Positions 62,780 to 64,000 of a DNA stretch of 64,000 bases are shown in pieces. The translations under genes and the position numbers were made by a program. The stretch lies in assembly GCF_010671925.1 (NCBI RefSeq), contig NZ_JAAHIH010000001.1, positions 933,053 to 997,052 of the forward strand, in the 5' to 3' direction. Within the stretch, counting starts at the first letter, position 1. Each line of letters starts with the position of its first letter. The DNA is from Moorena sp. SIOASIH. GTDB taxonomy: Bacteria > Cyanobacteriota > Cyanobacteriia > Cyanobacteriales > Coleofasciculaceae. The notes under the pieces are model-generated. The model saw only the letters and a list, made by a program, of their open reading frames with translations, ran no database searches and had not been told where the DNA came from.

Positions 62780-63033
62780 AGGATAGTCAATAACTCACCG
62801 CTAAATCTTTAAGATTATAGCGGGAGCTTGTAAAAAGCTCATAGTTGACCAGACTAAGCTCACTTATGAGCTACGTTATTTCGCTCATGACACCTACAGA
62901 TACGTGCCAGTTTGTAGCAACTGTCGTACAGCTTTAAACAGGTGTAACGAGTTAAGCCAGTGAGTTGTACCTAACAAGGCGTTTATAACATTGTCAAGGC
63001 AAACTTTACCCACATTGTGGAGTGATCAAAGTA
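62780..63033 (+). ncRNA. Candidate omega-RNA scaffold associated with IscB-2
   Basis: Shares conserved blocks with 53472-53693 (CTCATGACACCTACAG..., ...CTGTCGTACAG..., ...CATTGTCAAGG...). Confidence 0.35.
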
Positions 63034-64000
63034 ATGCGAGTTTTCGTACTAGACCAAAATAAACAACCTCTAGACCCTTGTCATCCGGCAAGAGCTAGGG
63101 AACTACTCAAAAAAAGAAGGGCTAAAGTTTTCAAACGTTATCCATTCACAATTATTTTACAAGATAGAACTCTGGAAAATTCAGTAACTCATTCACACCG
63201 AATCAAAATAGACCCTGGCTCTAAAACAACGGGGCTTGCCATTGTTCAAGAGCCAACAGGTCGAGTAACTAGTGCTTTAGAAATCTTTCATAGAGGACAG
63301 CAGATTAAAGATGCTCTTGAGTCTCGTAGAGCTAATAGGCGTGGACGACGTAACCGCAAAACCCGTTACCGTAAGCCTCGTTTCTTGAATCGGACACGCA
63401 CCACAGGATGGCTTGCTCCATCATTAATGAGTCGTATTTTCAATATTGAAACTTGGGTTAGACGACTTACGAAGCTTTGTCCTGTCAGCGCAATATCTCA
63501 AGAGTTAGTCCGCTTTGATCTGCAAAAAATGCAGAATCCTGAAATTAGCGGAGTTGAATACCAACGCGGTGAGTTGTTTGGATTTGAGGTCAAGGAATAC
63601 TTGCTAGCTAAGTGGGGACGAAATTGTGTTTACTGTGGTGCGGAAAATGTGCCGCTAGAAGTAGAACATATTATCCCTAAGTCTAAGGGTGGCAGTAACA
63701 GAGTTAGTAATTTAACCCTAGCTTGTCGGTGTTGTAATCAAAAGAAAGGAAATGACCATATTGAGAAGTTTATCAAGAAAAAGCCAGCCATTCTCAAACG
63801 AGTATTATCCAAGGCAAAAACACCACTGAAGGATGCAGCAGCAGTGAATGCTACTCGCCTTGTATTGTTCAGAAGATTGCATTCAACTGGACTGCTTCTA
63901 GAAACTGGATCTGGTGGTTTGACTAAATTTAACCGAAAGACCAGAGGTATCGAAAAAAACCACTGGACGGATGCTGCTTGTATTGGGAAATCAACGCCGG
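63034..64000 (+). CDS. iscB: IscB RNA-guided nuclease, second paralogue (3' end beyond the window)
   Basis: MRVFVLDQNKQPLDPCHPARARELLKKRRAKVF (PLMP). IKIDPGSKTTGLAI (RuvC-I). RRANRRGRRNRKTRYRKPRF (bridge). HNH CVYCG...EHIIPKSKGG...CRCCNQKKGN. HWTDAAC (RuvC-III). About 60% identical to IscB-1. Confidence 0.85.
   Translation, partial: MRVFVLDQNKQPLDPCHPARARELLKKRRAKVFKRYPFTIILQDRTLENSVTHSHRIKIDPGSKTTGLAIVQEPTGRVTSALEIFHRGQQIKDALESRRANRRGRRNRKTRYRKPRFLNRTRTTGWLAPSLMSRIFNIETWVRRLTKLCPVSAISQELVRFDLQKMQNPEISGVEYQRGELFGFEVKEYLLAKWGRNCVYCGAENVPLEVEHIIPKSKGGSNRVSNLTLACRCCNQKKGNDHIEKFIKKKPAILKRVLSKAKTPLKDAAAVNATRLVLFRRLHSTGLLLETGSGGLTKFNRKTRGIEKNHWTDAACIGKSTP

Overview
This 64 kb window is chromosomal DNA from a filamentous cyanobacterium. 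Three things support that: HIP1 palindromes (GCGATCGC) throughout, dozens of heptameric STRR arrays in the intergenic regions, and a cyanobacterial gene set. The recognisable core genes are hisS, a group-3 sigma factor, psbO, a PGM/PMM-family mutase, rdgB, glnB, valS with the cyanobacterial CAAD membrane-anchor insertion, ndhS, a SEDS-family rodA/ftsW, an mrp/apbC Fe-S carrier, the polyamine cluster speA / DHS-like (speY-type) / speB, sulfiredoxin plus dps, pcyA, tatA and a Crp-family regulator. Accessory content, in order along the window: (1) A complete group II intron at 16599-18772 with an RT/maturase/HNH ORF; it sits inside a copy of a dispersed STRR-associated repeat, and an intron-less paralogous site survives at about 56040-56110. 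(2) An AT-rich-fronted operon of an enolase-superfamily enzyme, an EamA transporter and a 2OG/Fe(II) oxygenase, followed by an S8 subtilase fused to a polytopic membrane domain with a translationally coupled 75-aa ORF. (3) A 1.4 kb ORF-free region with a roughly 380 bp imperfect palindrome immediately upstream of a membrane-anchored CHAT protease gene. (4) A 5.5 kb low-GC block bounded by 34-bp direct repeats that encodes a sigma-70 region-4-only protein, a 1133-aa TPR-CHAT protein and a small membrane protein. (5) A two-component-regulated HME-RND heavy-metal efflux island with His-rich periplasmic proteins. (6) Two diverged IscB (OMEGA, HNH plus split-RuvC) RNA-guided nuclease genes, at 53694-54953 and 63034 to beyond the window end; both are preceded by homologous non-coding blocks that are candidate omega-RNA scaffolds. 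(7) A MarR gene followed by a DevBCA-like ABC exporter operon. I found no CRISPR array and no convincing tRNA or rRNA gene. All functional calls come from motifs I recognised by eye; no searches were run.
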